64,000 nt of DNA from Thermoplasmata archaeon (GTDB taxonomy: Archaea; Thermoplasmatota; Thermoplasmata; Lutacidiplasmatales; UBA184), in NCBI GenBank assembly GCA_027365105.1, contig DAHXNZ010000008.1:129-64128 (forward strand), given 5' to 3'. Below the pieces are notes generated by a model. The model did not search any database. It worked only from the letters and a program-made list of their open reading frames with translations, and was not told the DNA's origin. The translations under genes and the position numbers were made by a program. Numbering within the stretch: position 1 is the stretch's first letter; the number at the start of each line of letters is the position of its first letter. Of the stretch, positions 9,722-19,092 are shown in pieces.

Positions 9722-10134
9722 GAAGAGCGACCGACGATCGCCCGAACACTCCGGACGATCTCCTCCAGAGAGGTGCCCGGCCCGTAGATCGCCCGGACCC
9801 CAAGTTTCCGCAGCCGCTTCGCGTCCTCGTCCGGGATGATCCCGCCCGCGAAGACCGGGATTCGACCGGCCTTCTGGGACTTGAGCTGCCGTACCACGCG
9901 CGGGATGAGCTCCATGTGGGCGCCGGAGAGGATCGAGAGTCCGACCAGGTCGACGTCCTCTTCGACGGCCGCCCGGACGATCTCTTCGGGAGTCTGGCGG
10001 AGACCCGCATAGATGACCTCCATCCCGGCGTCCCGGAGCGCGCGGGCGACCACCTTCGCCCCGCGATCGTGGCCGTCAAGGCCGGGTTTGGCGATCAGGA
10101 CCCGGATGGGCGGCGCCGCTGGATTCTTGGTCAC
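9718..10134 (-). CDS. cobalamin-binding small subunit of methylmalonyl-CoA mutase
   Basis: [12 protein letters not shown] (DxHxxG), GLSILSGAH and GGIIP motifs; GTG start. Confidence 0.92.
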   Translation of the reverse strand: MTKNPAAPPIRVLIAKPGLDGHDRGAKVVARALRDAGMEVIYAGLRQTPEEIVRAAVEEDVDLVGLSILSGAHMELIPRVVRQLKSQKAGRIPVFAGGIIPDEDAKRLRKLGVRAIYGPGTSLEEIVRSVRAIVGRSS

Positions 10135-10219
10135 GAGAGGTTCCCCCGATCGCCGGAACCCTTCCGGGGAGGAAAAGCATTGCCCCCTCCCCTCCACGGC
10201 CGGTCCGGGCCGTGGCGGT

Positions 10220-11137
10220 TCAGAGGATCGCCCAGAACAGAAAGAGCAGATTCCCGACCAGGATCCCGAGGAGCGTGCCCGCGGAGATCAGGACGACCAA
10301 CGGAACCTGGGGCGTGACCCACACTTCCTGGACCCCCTGCCGCTCCAACCGGTCCCGCGCCTGCATCCGGATCTCACGATCCTCCTGGGAGGTCTCGGGA
10401 TCCAGGCCGACCGTGCGGACCCCCGCCTCGGGATCGTCCACCCAGACGAACCGGCGCGGGAGCTCCGTGACGGCGAGCCGGTACCGCCCCACCCCCCGAT
10501 CCCAACGGAACTCGCCGCGACGCAGGTTGCGGAGCCCGAGGTACGCAGGAATGCCCAGGAGGAGGATCCACGCGTTGAGCAGCGCCGTGACCGAAAACGG
10601 GAGCGAAGTGAGGAGCGCGGACGCCACCGTGGGGGTCGGGAGCAGCGGGGCGGTTCCGAAGGGGAGGAAGAGGCCCACGACCATGAGGGCCTTCGCATCG
10701 GCCCCGCCACCGAAGATGCCGGACTCGAAGAGCCCGCGGGCGAGCAGGACCGTGAGGTAGACCGCGACCGCGTTCGCCGGAAGGATCCCGGCCGGGGCGA
10801 CCCCGCCCAGCAGGCCGGCACCCAGCAGAAGGAGCCCCACGCCCAGATAGGCCAGAGGCTCGAGCCATCTCCACCGCGGGTCCGCGGCCGGGGTCCCTAG
10901 CCGATCCCACGGGAGGGCGGGCTCAATCACCAACGCGCCGACCAAGATCCACAGCGCGACCGGCACCGTTCCGAGTGGAGCGAGGGCCGCCGCCCCCAGA
11001 CCGATTCCGGCGACGCCCAAGCCGATCCAGATCCCATCCGGAACCTCACGGTCCCGGAGATCGAACGCGCTGGCGGCGGCCAGCCCCACTCCCAGGATCG
11101 CCAACCCGGCGACCGGCAACCCCCCCATCCCGCCCAT
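10220..11137 (-). CDS. A24 prepilin/prearchaellin peptidase (FlaK/PibD-like)
   Basis: [16 protein letters not shown] and VWVTPQVP motifs; multiple TM helices. Confidence 0.85.
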   Translation of the reverse strand: MGGMGGLPVAGLAILGVGLAAASAFDLRDREVPDGIWIGLGVAGIGLGAAALAPLGTVPVALWILVGALVIEPALPWDRLGTPAADPRWRWLEPLAYLGVGLLLLGAGLLGGVAPAGILPANAVAVYLTVLLARGLFESGIFGGGADAKALMVVGLFLPFGTAPLLPTPTVASALLTSLPFSVTALLNAWILLLGIPAYLGLRNLRRGEFRWDRGVGRYRLAVTELPRRFVWVDDPEAGVRTVGLDPETSQEDREIRMQARDRLERQGVQEVWVTPQVPLVVLISAGTLLGILVGNLLFLFWAIL

Positions 11138-11280
11138 CCTGATGCGAAGGAGGAGCCAGGGGCCGACAGATATACCCGGCCATCGAAGGGAGGGGGGTGC
11201 GCGGGTCCATGAATCGGATCCCTCGGGTCCCTGGGCCCCGGGGCCGCCGCTCAGGTCCGGCCCCCGGGTCTTGGGGAAGG

Positions 11281-11295
11281 TAAATCTATTTAAAG
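11281..11295 (+). promoter_or_regulatory. TATA box for the rps6e-aIF2g-trm112 operon
   Basis: TAAATCTATTTAAAG about 35 nt upstream of ATG 11329. Confidence 0.6.
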
Positions 11296-11328
11296 CGCAC
11301 GTCAATCGGCCGCCCCGGTCGATATCCA

Positions 11329-11706
11329 ATGGTAGAGTACAAGCTCGTCATCTCTGATCAGGGGAAGTCCCTTCAGCGGGCCGTCGCCGACCCGCAGGCT
11401 GCCGGTTTCCTCGGAAAGCGCATCGGCGAGACGGTCGGCGGAGAACTCATCGGGGCCGGCGGGTATACCTTCCGGATCTCCGGGGGGACCGACAAAAGCG
11501 GGTTCCCCATGCGCTCCGACCTCCCCGGCGGGCGCCAGGTCCGCCTGTACGTCGGGAACGGATTTGGATTCCATGCGCCCCGGAACGGGATGCGGAGGCG
11601 CCGCAGCTTCCGGGGCAACACGATCAGCGAGCAGACGGTCCAGATCAACCTCACGGTCGAGCAGTCCGGACCCCAGCCGCTCGCGGAGCTGCTCGGCCCG
11701 GCATGA
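11329..11706 (+). CDS. rps6e: 30S ribosomal protein S6e
   Basis: KLVISD, GGTDKSGFPM, RRRRSFRGN and QIN motifs. Confidence 0.95.
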   Translation: MVEYKLVISDQGKSLQRAVADPQAAGFLGKRIGETVGGELIGAGGYTFRISGGTDKSGFPMRSDLPGGRQVRLYVGNGFGFHAPRNGMRRRRSFRGNTISEQTVQINLTVEQSGPQPLAELLGPA

Positions 11707-12938
11707 AGGTTCCGCGCCAGCCCGAAGTGAACATCGGCCTGGTGGGCCATGTCGACCACGGCAAGACCACCCTGACCCAGGCGCTGACCGGGGAGTGGAG
11801 CGACCGCCACTCGGAGGAACGCAAGCGCGGGATCTCGATCAAGCTCGGGTACGCGGACGCGGCGTTCTACCTTTGCCCCAACTGTCCGGTGCCGACCGGC
11901 TATTCGGTCAGCCCGGTCTGCCCCGCTTGCGGCGGGGAGGCAAAGTTCCTGAGGGCCGTCTCATTCGTCGACGCGCCCGGCCATGAGACCCTGATGGAGA
12001 CGATGCTCTCCGGCGCGGCAATCATGGACGGCGCCCTCCTTCTCGTGGCCGCCAACGAACGTTGCCCGCAACCCCAGACCCGGGAGCACCTCTACGCCCT
12101 CGACATCATCGGGGTCCGAAAGGTGGTCGTCGTTCAGAACAAGATTGATCTCGTCTCCGAGGCGGCGGCCCTGGCCAACTACCGGGAGATCGAGACCTTC
12201 CTCGAGGGCTCTCCGATCTCAGGAGCCCCGGTCGTGCCGATCAGCGCCAACCACCGGGTCGGACTGGACGGCCTCATCGGCACCCTCGAGGCCGCCATCC
12301 CCACCCCGGCCCGGGACACCCAGAAGCCTCCCCTCCTGTACGTCGCCCGCTCCTTCGACATCAACCGTCCGGGTACGGCCCCGGCCCGGCTGCAAGGTGC
12401 CGTCCTCGGCGGCTCCCTCCTGCAGGGAATCCTCAGGGTCGGCGACGAGATCGAGATCCGGCCCGGCGTGGCGGGCCTCACGGGGGGGCGGGCCGATGCA
12501 CTGACGACCCGGGTGACCTCCCTGGTCTCCGGGGGCCAGGAGTGGGAGGAGCTCCGGCCGGGCGGACTGGCCGCCATCGGCACATCCCTCGATCCGGCCC
12601 TGGCGAAGGGAGACGGGCTCACCGGCCGGCTGGTCGGCTCGGGCGGTTCGCTCCCGCCGGTCAGCCAGAAGCTCCGGATCAAAGTGACCCTTCTCGACCG
12701 CGTCCTCGGGTCCAGCCACGAGATCAAGGTCGAGAAGGTCCGGACCAACGAACTCCTGGCCGTGACGGTCGGAACCACCATCGCCCCCGGAAAGGTCACC
12801 AGCGCCCGCGGCGACGAGGTCGAGCTGACCCTGGCCCGGCCGGTGACCGTCTTTCCGGGTGGTCGCGTGGCGGTCTCGCGGAAGCTCAATGCCTGGCGGC
12901 TCATCGGATACGGCATCGTGGTCGGGGGAGGGAAATGA
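11703..12938 (+). CDS. eif2g: translation initiation factor aIF2 gamma subunit
   Basis: QPEVNIGLVGHVDHGKTT, RGISIKLGY, Zn ribbon, DAPGHE and NKID motifs. Confidence 0.97.
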   Translation: MKVPRQPEVNIGLVGHVDHGKTTLTQALTGEWSDRHSEERKRGISIKLGYADAAFYLCPNCPVPTGYSVSPVCPACGGEAKFLRAVSFVDAPGHETLMETMLSGAAIMDGALLLVAANERCPQPQTREHLYALDIIGVRKVVVVQNKIDLVSEAAALANYREIETFLEGSPISGAPVVPISANHRVGLDGLIGTLEAAIPTPARDTQKPPLLYVARSFDINRPGTAPARLQGAVLGGSLLQGILRVGDEIEIRPGVAGLTGGRADALTTRVTSLVSGGQEWEELRPGGLAAIGTSLDPALAKGDGLTGRLVGSGGSLPPVSQKLRIKVTLLDRVLGSSHEIKVEKVRTNELLAVTVGTTIAPGKVTSARGDEVELTLARPVTVFPGGRVAVSRKLNAWRLIGYGIVVGGGK

Positions 12939-13129
12939 GGCGGGACCTTCTGGAAATCCTGCGCTGCCCGGTCTGCCGGGGCGAACTCCGGCTCACCGAG
13001 GCCGATCCCCGGTCCGAGGAGGTCCTGAACGGCCGACTCGACTGCCCGAGGTGCGCGCAGAGCTACCCGATCCGGGACGGGATCCCCGACCTCCTCCCTC
13101 CCGAGCCGGTCCCCCCTACCCGGGGTTGA
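12935..13129 (+). CDS. Trm112-like methyltransferase activator
   Basis: LLEILRCPVC...LDCPRC..YPIRDGIPDLL; ATGA overlap with the aIF2g stop. Confidence 0.88.
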   Translation: MRRDLLEILRCPVCRGELRLTEADPRSEEVLNGRLDCPRCAQSYPIRDGIPDLLPPEPVPPTRG

Positions 13130-13547
13130 GCACGTAGTAACCGAAGATCGCCAGAAACAACAGCGCATCGATCACGATGGAGGGGAGCAGCCATCGGATC
13201 GACCCCCTCGAACGGGCTTGGACCGAGCTACCCACCGTCACGATCGGAATGGCAAAGGCGAGCCAGTACCCCGAGAGGATCGTCCGGTACAGGGCATAGG
13301 AGGTCAGGTCCCCGGAGGGATCGTAGAAGAAGAGGCCGGTGACGATCCCGATTCCGAGCAAGGCGAAGCCGATGTCGATTCCGACCGCATCGAGGTATCC
13401 CTCCAACCCCCGCTTGCGGTGGGGGTAGGCGACCCACAGGTACCAGAGCATCAGCAACAGGAGGAGCAGGACGGCGACGAGCAGGAAGAAGGCGGTCGTG
13501 TCGAGCGAGATCGTGAACGGGCCCGGCCCGGGAGGTGGGAGGGTCAT
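13116..13547 (-). CDS. hypothetical 4-TM membrane protein
   Basis: 143 aa with four hydrophobic segments; directly downstream of the cyclase gene. Confidence 0.7.
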   Translation of the reverse strand: MTLPPPGPGPFTISLDTTAFFLLVAVLLLLLLMLWYLWVAYPHRKRGLEGYLDAVGIDIGFALLGIGIVTGLFFYDPSGDLTSYALYRTILSGYWLAFAIPIVTVGSSVQARSRGSIRWLLPSIVIDALLFLAIFGYYVLNPG

Positions 13548-13560
13548 GCGGAGTGTCCGG

Positions 13561-14193
13561 TCACGGAGCCCGAAGGTACGCCCGGGCGGGGCCCCCGTCG
13601 CCCCCGGCGATTCTGAGGGGCGCCAGCCGGAGCTCGTAGTCGCCGGGCGCGACCTCCTGGAGGAGCAGGCCCTCGACGATCCGGACCGACTCCGCCAGGA
13701 GCAAGTGGTGAACGGGATACCGGCCGCTCGCATCCCGTTCGATCGACAGGGCATCGACCCCGACCAGCCGGATCCCGCGCCTCAGGAGCTCCCGGGCCCC
13801 GGTTTCGTTCACGGCGACAAAGTCGGGAAAGAACTCGAGCCGCGCGGCCCAGCGACCCGAGTTCCGCGTCCGCAGGAGCACCCGGGTGACCCCGGGCGGC
13901 GTGGGAGGCAGATCGGCGGCGCCGATTGAGTCCACCGCATCGGGGATCTGGAGCACCCGGCACGGACCGTTGAGGTCGTCCAGCGGAACCCGATCGATCG
14001 GTTCTCCCCCCGGCACGAAATGGTTCGGAGGGTCGACATGGGTCCCGGCATGGGAGCCCAACCCCAAGGCCGAAACATTGTAGGCATCTCCCCGGGACAG
14101 ATCGTGCGATCGTTGGCTCTGGAAGACCGGATCGCCGGGAAAGCAGGGCATGCCCTGGAACAACGGCATGGAGATGTCCAGCGTGCGCCCCAT
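13561..14193 (-). CDS. cyclase-family metallohydrolase (kynurenine formamidase KynB-like)
   Basis: PGDP, HAGTHVDPP.H, GVDALS and GGDGGPAR motifs. Confidence 0.9.
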   Translation of the reverse strand: MGRTLDISMPLFQGMPCFPGDPVFQSQRSHDLSRGDAYNVSALGLGSHAGTHVDPPNHFVPGGEPIDRVPLDDLNGPCRVLQIPDAVDSIGAADLPPTPPGVTRVLLRTRNSGRWAARLEFFPDFVAVNETGARELLRRGIRLVGVDALSIERDASGRYPVHHLLLAESVRIVEGLLLQEVAPGDYELRLAPLRIAGGDGGPARAYLRAP

Positions 14194-14346
14194 CCGGTGC
14201 TCCCGGCCCTCGGAAGGACCTCCCCGATTAAAGGTTCACCGTGCCGGCGCCGGCCGAAGCGCGCCGGAGCGGAAGGAGGAGGACCGGGCCCGGTCGCCAA
14301 TCGAACGTCAGGGTTAAACGACCCGGGGCCCCGGCGCTAGGGTACC

Positions 14347-15747
14347 ATGCCGTCGCGCCCAGCGAAGGGGGACCCGGACGAGCCGGAACGGCTCCGGGTC
14401 GACCGACTGCCCACCTCCGGACGACGGAAGGGAGCCGCGTCGGCCCGACGGCCGATCCAGGGCTGGTCCGAGAAGGCTCCGTCGGCTCCCGCCGCCCGGC
14501 CGTCCCGGCGGTCGGGCCGAACGCCGACGGGGCGATCCAAGAAGAGGGTCTACTTCCGGCTCCGGGACTCCCTCCTCTTCGAGCCTTTGGTGGCGCTCGC
14601 CCTCATCGTGATCCTGGTGGCCGGGGCCTATGCGTACACCCACAATTGGCCCCCCGTCTACATTGTCGAGTCGAACAGCATGCAGCACGGGCCGAACGAT
14701 GTGCTGGGCATCATCAACACCGGGGACATCGTGTTCGCCCAGCAGATCCCGACCGCCTCGATCATCACCTATGTCGACGCCCTGCATCCGGGAACCGCGC
14801 ACTCCGGCTACACGACCTACGGTGAGCTCGGAGATGTCGTGCTGTACCATCCGAACGGGGGCGACGGGACCCCGATCGTGCACCGTGCCCTGCTCTATCT
14901 CGAGTGGAACGCGACCCGCCAGTCGTTTTCGGCGCCCACCTTGGCCGGCCTCCCGTGCGGCTCCGCCCAAGGGGCGGTGTACAGCTACGGGGCCCCGGGT
15001 AGTCCAGACGACTGCCAGTGGACCAACCTGACCGGGACCCTCCACCTCTACCACATCGGCTGGAAATCGGCCGGCGTGACCCTGAGCCTGAGCTCGTCAA
15101 CCGTGGGAACCCACTCGGGCTTCCTGACGATGGGCGACGACAACTGCGACACCTCGTCGGGCCGGTGCTACAGTTGCACCTCCACGGTGCCCTGCAGCGG
15201 AGAGCCGGACCAAGGGCCGATCGGCCTGAGCAGCCTCGTCCGCCCGGCCTGGGTGATCGGAGTTGCCCGGGGGATGATCCCGTGGTTCGGAGCCGTCAAG
15301 CTCCTGCTCACCGGAACCTCCTCGGAGGTGCCGCCCCAGAGTTTTGAGTACATGGGCTTCACTCTGATCGGCGTCGTCCTGGGGGCGGTGGCGATCCACC
15401 TCGGGGTCAAGGCCCTCGGCACCTCCGAGGGCCGCATCGGCTCCCGAGGAACGCCCGATCCGTCGGACGAAGAGACCGAGGAGGAGGACGACCCCCGCCC
15501 CATGAGGCGCCGATCGGCGCGGCGGGCGGACGATGAGGATTTCGAAGACGCAGAGGAGGAGGAGGAAGAACCGGAATCTCCCCGGAGGGTCACCCGGGTG
15601 GCCCGGGCCGCGGTCCGTCCCCCCCGCCCCTCCACCCAGAGATTGAAACCCCCGGGGCCGCAGGCCCGGCCTCCACCCCGACGGGGGCGACCCCGGCCGA
15701 CGGTTCATCGCCGGCATCCGACTTCGGACGAGGACAGCGAGCTGTAG
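14347..15747 (+). CDS. archaeal signal peptidase I (S26)
   Basis: VESNSMQH, INTGDIV, PIVHRA, TMGDDN and IPWFG motifs; two TM segments. Confidence 0.85.
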   Translation: MPSRPAKGDPDEPERLRVDRLPTSGRRKGAASARRPIQGWSEKAPSAPAARPSRRSGRTPTGRSKKRVYFRLRDSLLFEPLVALALIVILVAGAYAYTHNWPPVYIVESNSMQHGPNDVLGIINTGDIVFAQQIPTASIITYVDALHPGTAHSGYTTYGELGDVVLYHPNGGDGTPIVHRALLYLEWNATRQSFSAPTLAGLPCGSAQGAVYSYGAPGSPDDCQWTNLTGTLHLYHIGWKSAGVTLSLSSSTVGTHSGFLTMGDDNCDTSSGRCYSCTSTVPCSGEPDQGPIGLSSLVRPAWVIGVARGMIPWFGAVKLLLTGTSSEVPPQSFEYMGFTLIGVVLGAVAIHLGVKALGTSEGRIGSRGTPDPSDEETEEEDDPRPMRRRSARRADDEDFEDAEEEEEEPESPRRVTRVARAAVRPPRPSTQRLKPPGPQARPPPRRGRPRPTVHRRHPTSDEDSEL

Positions 15748-15870
15748 GGTCGAACGGCCGGCCGGCGGGGCCCCGGGCGGCCCGCATCGTCCGAAGCCGG
15801 CCCGCGTCGGCGCGTGGGAACGGGGGGCAACCTTTTTGCCATCGACCGACGCTGGCGCTCGGAGATCGCT

Positions 15871-16749
15871 GTGTACATCATCGGGGGATCGGCCTCCACC
15901 TCCCTGGCCGAACGGGTGTCGCGAGAACTGGACAGCTGCCCCTTCTCCATCCCCTTCAGCAAGCGATTTCCGGACGGCGAGATGTATCTCCGGGTGGGAG
16001 GCAAGCTCGAGGGCGAGGATGTCGTCATCGTCCAGTCCACCCGCAACGACGCCGAAATCGTCGAGCTCCTGCTGCTGAGCGACGCGGCTCGCGAATCGAG
16101 TGCCCGGCGGGTGATCGTCGTGGTGCCCTACTTCGGCTATGCCCGTCAGGACCGGCGGTTTTACCCCGGAGAGGCGGTCAGCGCCCGCGCCCTGGCCCGG
16201 CACATCGAACTCGAGGCCGACGGGGTCATTACCGTCGACCTCCACTCGGCTCGTACCCTGGAGTCGTTCCACAAACCGGTCTACGAGGCCAGCGGCATCC
16301 CGGCGATCGCGCGGCTCCTCGCCCAACGACCGGTCGATCTTCTCGTCTCCCCCGACAAGGGGGGCGTGGACCGGGTCCGGCGGATGGCCGAGATCCTGAA
16401 GAAGCCCTGGATCGCCCTCGAGAAGCGTCGCATCGATAGCGAGCATGTCGAGCTCCGGGTACCCGAAGGTGGCCCCCAGCCCGTCCCCGGGGCCCATCTG
16501 GTCATTGTCGACGACGTCATCTCCACCGGGGGCACGATTGTGGCGGCGGCCCAGCTCCTGGCGCGCGCCGGTGCCGGCTCGGTGGCCGCCGCCTGCACGC
16601 ATGGCCTCTTCCTGAAGGACGCCTTCGAACGGATCAAGGCGGTGACCGACGGCATCTACTCCACCGACACCCTGGTGAACCCGGCGGAGAAGGCCTCGGT
16701 CGCACCGGACATCGCCAAGATCCTCACGGAACGGTTCGGGCCGGCGTAG
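15871..16749 (+). CDS. prs: ribose-phosphate pyrophosphokinase
   Basis: FPDGE, PYFGYARQD, PDKGG and VDDVISTGGT motifs. Confidence 0.95.
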   Translation: MYIIGGSASTSLAERVSRELDSCPFSIPFSKRFPDGEMYLRVGGKLEGEDVVIVQSTRNDAEIVELLLLSDAARESSARRVIVVVPYFGYARQDRRFYPGEAVSARALARHIELEADGVITVDLHSARTLESFHKPVYEASGIPAIARLLAQRPVDLLVSPDKGGVDRVRRMAEILKKPWIALEKRRIDSEHVELRVPEGGPQPVPGAHLVIVDDVISTGGTIVAAAQLLARAGAGSVAAACTHGLFLKDAFERIKAVTDGIYSTDTLVNPAEKASVAPDIAKILTERFGPA

Positions 16750-16764
16750 GATCCGGCCGGCACC

Positions 16765-17712
16765 ATGGAGATCCAGCCGACCGACCGGATCCCCGAAGCC
16801 GATCTCGTCGAACGGCTGTACGGGATGTGGAAGGCGCTCCGGTCGCGGGGCGAGTCCCCCCAGGGGGACTGGGTCGAGGGTATCGCGCGGGAGCTGCACC
16901 AAGGCCTCCGGACTGGCCGGCTCGCTCGACGGGGTTCCACCTCGATCCTGGGCTTTCTCTCGATCGCGGACGGGGAGGCGTTCGGCCACCTGCACTGCGA
17001 CGGGCCGTCCGACCCGGAGCTCGGCGCGCGGGTCCTGGCCGATCTGATCGACGGACTCCCCCCCGAGGTGGCGGCCCTCGTGGTCGGGTTCACGGGCCTC
17101 CCTTCGTCCGATGAGACCGCCCTGATCCGAGAGGTGGACCGGCCCGGAGGCCGGACCATCCCGCGCCGGGCCCTCCTCCGGCCCATCGGATCGGGAGACG
17201 AGATCCCCTTGACTCCGCCGGTGGCCAGCGCGCGCCGGCTTCCGGTCCGCGAGGTCCCGCTCTCCGCCCTCGCCCAGTTGGACCAGCGGGCGTATGCGGG
17301 GACGGTGGACGCCCTCCTGACCGGGCCGGAACCCCGGCATCACGAGCGGATTCTGGATGAGCTTCTCCACCACCGGCTGGGCCGGTTTCTGGACGAGGCC
17401 TCCCTGGCCCTGGTCGAGGTCGATACCGGTGCCCTCGTCGGTCTGGCGATGACGGCCGAGCTTTCGGCCCATACCGCCGTCCTCCTCGATGTTGGCGTCG
17501 ACCCGATGGCCCGCGGAAAGGGGTACGGGCGGTTTATCCTCCGGTGGACCTTCCGGGCGCTTCGTGCCCTGGGCTACGAGGAGATCCGGCTCTGGGTCAC
17601 CGACGAGAACCTTCCGGCCCGCCGGCTCTACGAGCAACTCGGCTTTCGGACCGCCGGCCAGGCCACGCTCTACCGCTGGGGCCGGGACCCCGGACAGCCG
17701 CAGTCCGGCTGA
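16765..17712 (+). CDS. GNAT acetyltransferase (two-domain)
   Basis: C-terminal VDPMARGKGYG and N.PARRLYEQLGF motifs. Confidence 0.85.
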   Translation: MEIQPTDRIPEADLVERLYGMWKALRSRGESPQGDWVEGIARELHQGLRTGRLARRGSTSILGFLSIADGEAFGHLHCDGPSDPELGARVLADLIDGLPPEVAALVVGFTGLPSSDETALIREVDRPGGRTIPRRALLRPIGSGDEIPLTPPVASARRLPVREVPLSALAQLDQRAYAGTVDALLTGPEPRHHERILDELLHHRLGRFLDEASLALVEVDTGALVGLAMTAELSAHTAVLLDVGVDPMARGKGYGRFILRWTFRALRALGYEEIRLWVTDENLPARRLYEQLGFRTAGQATLYRWGRDPGQPQSG

Positions 17713-19013
17713 TACGGGCAGAGGGGAACCCGCCAGGCGGGGCAGGCGGGAAGCTCCGCGGGCCTCCGTTCGGTTAAGGCCCGGTCCAGTCGTGCGGTCC
17801 GCTCCCGGGCGATCCGGGAGAACACGGTCGGGGAGCCCACCGCGACCTCGAACGCCTGAACCCGCTCGAGGCTCCCTTCCCGGGGCCCGATGCCCACGAG
17901 GAGCCAGGCCGACCGGTCTCCCAGGAAGGCGCACCGGAGTCCGGCCTCGAGGAAGTACTGCGGCGCGGCTTCGACGGCCGCCGTCGACTCGTCCGGGAGC
18001 GGCCGGGTTCGGGTCTTCAGGACCAGGGGGTGCTCCCGGAACAGCCCGCCACCGGAGCCGGTTTCGGACGCGTCGGCGACCCGGGACTCCCCGAGAGGGC
18101 CGGATTCGGTCAGGCTCCGGAGCTCGAGCCACGATTCCGAGATCCCCCGGGGCGCCGCCTCGGCGACCGGACGCTCGCGTCGGAAGTACGCCCACCGGGG
18201 ATAGATGAGGTCCGAGATGTTCCACGGCTCCTCCATCGCCGGCGGGGGCAGCCCCCGGCATCGCGACTCGATGCCGGCCGCTTGGGCCGGAACCTCGCCC
18301 ACGACGCGGATCGAGTCGGCGAGCGGCTCGGGCTCGACCGGCTCGTCGCCCCGGCAGCCACACCGGCCGGCCGCTTGCCAGATGCACCCCCGGTCCCTCC
18401 ATCGGCACCGCGGCAGGCCGGACGGGTCCCCGGAACGGAGGGACGACCGGAGCCGTTCGGCCCGCTTCGCCACGGCCCCCCGGATCGTTCCGGGATCGTC
18501 GATCGCCAGTTCCAGGACCCGCACCTCCTCGACCCGATGGGCCTGGGTTCGCAGCAAGGCCAAGGTCGACCGTCGTGCATCCAGGAGGCCCGCATAGATG
18601 GCCACCTGCTCCAAGTGGTCCGGATGCGCCACGATCGCACCGGAGGCTCGAGCGAAGGGGACGGCGCCGGACTTGATCTCCACCGGGCCGTCCGACCAGC
18701 CATCCAGGCGTCCGGCCACTCCGCCCCGGAAGAAGTTCACTTCGATCCGGGAGACCGGCGCGAGGAGCGGCGCGGCGACCCGGTGGAGGGCGCGGCCCCA
18801 CTGGATCGCCGTCCCCCGGGCCGGATCCTGGGGCTCGGGAAGCCGCCGACGATAGAACGCCGGACGTGGGTCGACCAGATCCGTGGCCGCGACCGGCGGC
18901 CAAGGAACGAGGCCCGGCCGTCGTCCCTCGAGCTCCTGCTCCAGCTGGTTTCGCCGGACCGCGGTGACGGTGGGCTTCCACCCGTACCGCTCGGCCCACG
19001 GACCGTCGTCCAC
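17670..19013 (-). CDS. tandem Cas4/PD-(D/E)XK-like nuclease
   Basis: TDLVDPR, GRALH, GRLD, EIKS and QVAIY motifs plus a Cys cluster; second degenerate copy (ISDLIYPR..., CPYQPDCGC); start uncertain. Confidence 0.7.
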   Translation of the reverse strand: MDDGPWAERYGWKPTVTAVRRNQLEQELEGRRPGLVPWPPVAATDLVDPRPAFYRRRLPEPQDPARGTAIQWGRALHRVAAPLLAPVSRIEVNFFRGGVAGRLDGWSDGPVEIKSGAVPFARASGAIVAHPDHLEQVAIYAGLLDARRSTLALLRTQAHRVEEVRVLELAIDDPGTIRGAVAKRAERLRSSLRSGDPSGLPRCRWRDRGCIWQAAGRCGCRGDEPVEPEPLADSIRVVGEVPAQAAGIESRCRGLPPPAMEEPWNISDLIYPRWAYFRRERPVAEAAPRGISESWLELRSLTESGPLGESRVADASETGSGGGLFREHPLVLKTRTRPLPDESTAAVEAAPQYFLEAGLRCAFLGDRSAWLLVGIGPREGSLERVQAFEVAVGSPTVFSRIARERTARLDRALTERRPAELPACPAWRVPLCPYQPDCGCPGSRPQR

Positions 19014-19092
19014 AGTCCCGGTAGGGCGAGCCGCGCGTAAATGCTCCCCCCTCAAGCCAAGGGGCTTTACCCTCGTGTGGCCTTCGGGGAAG

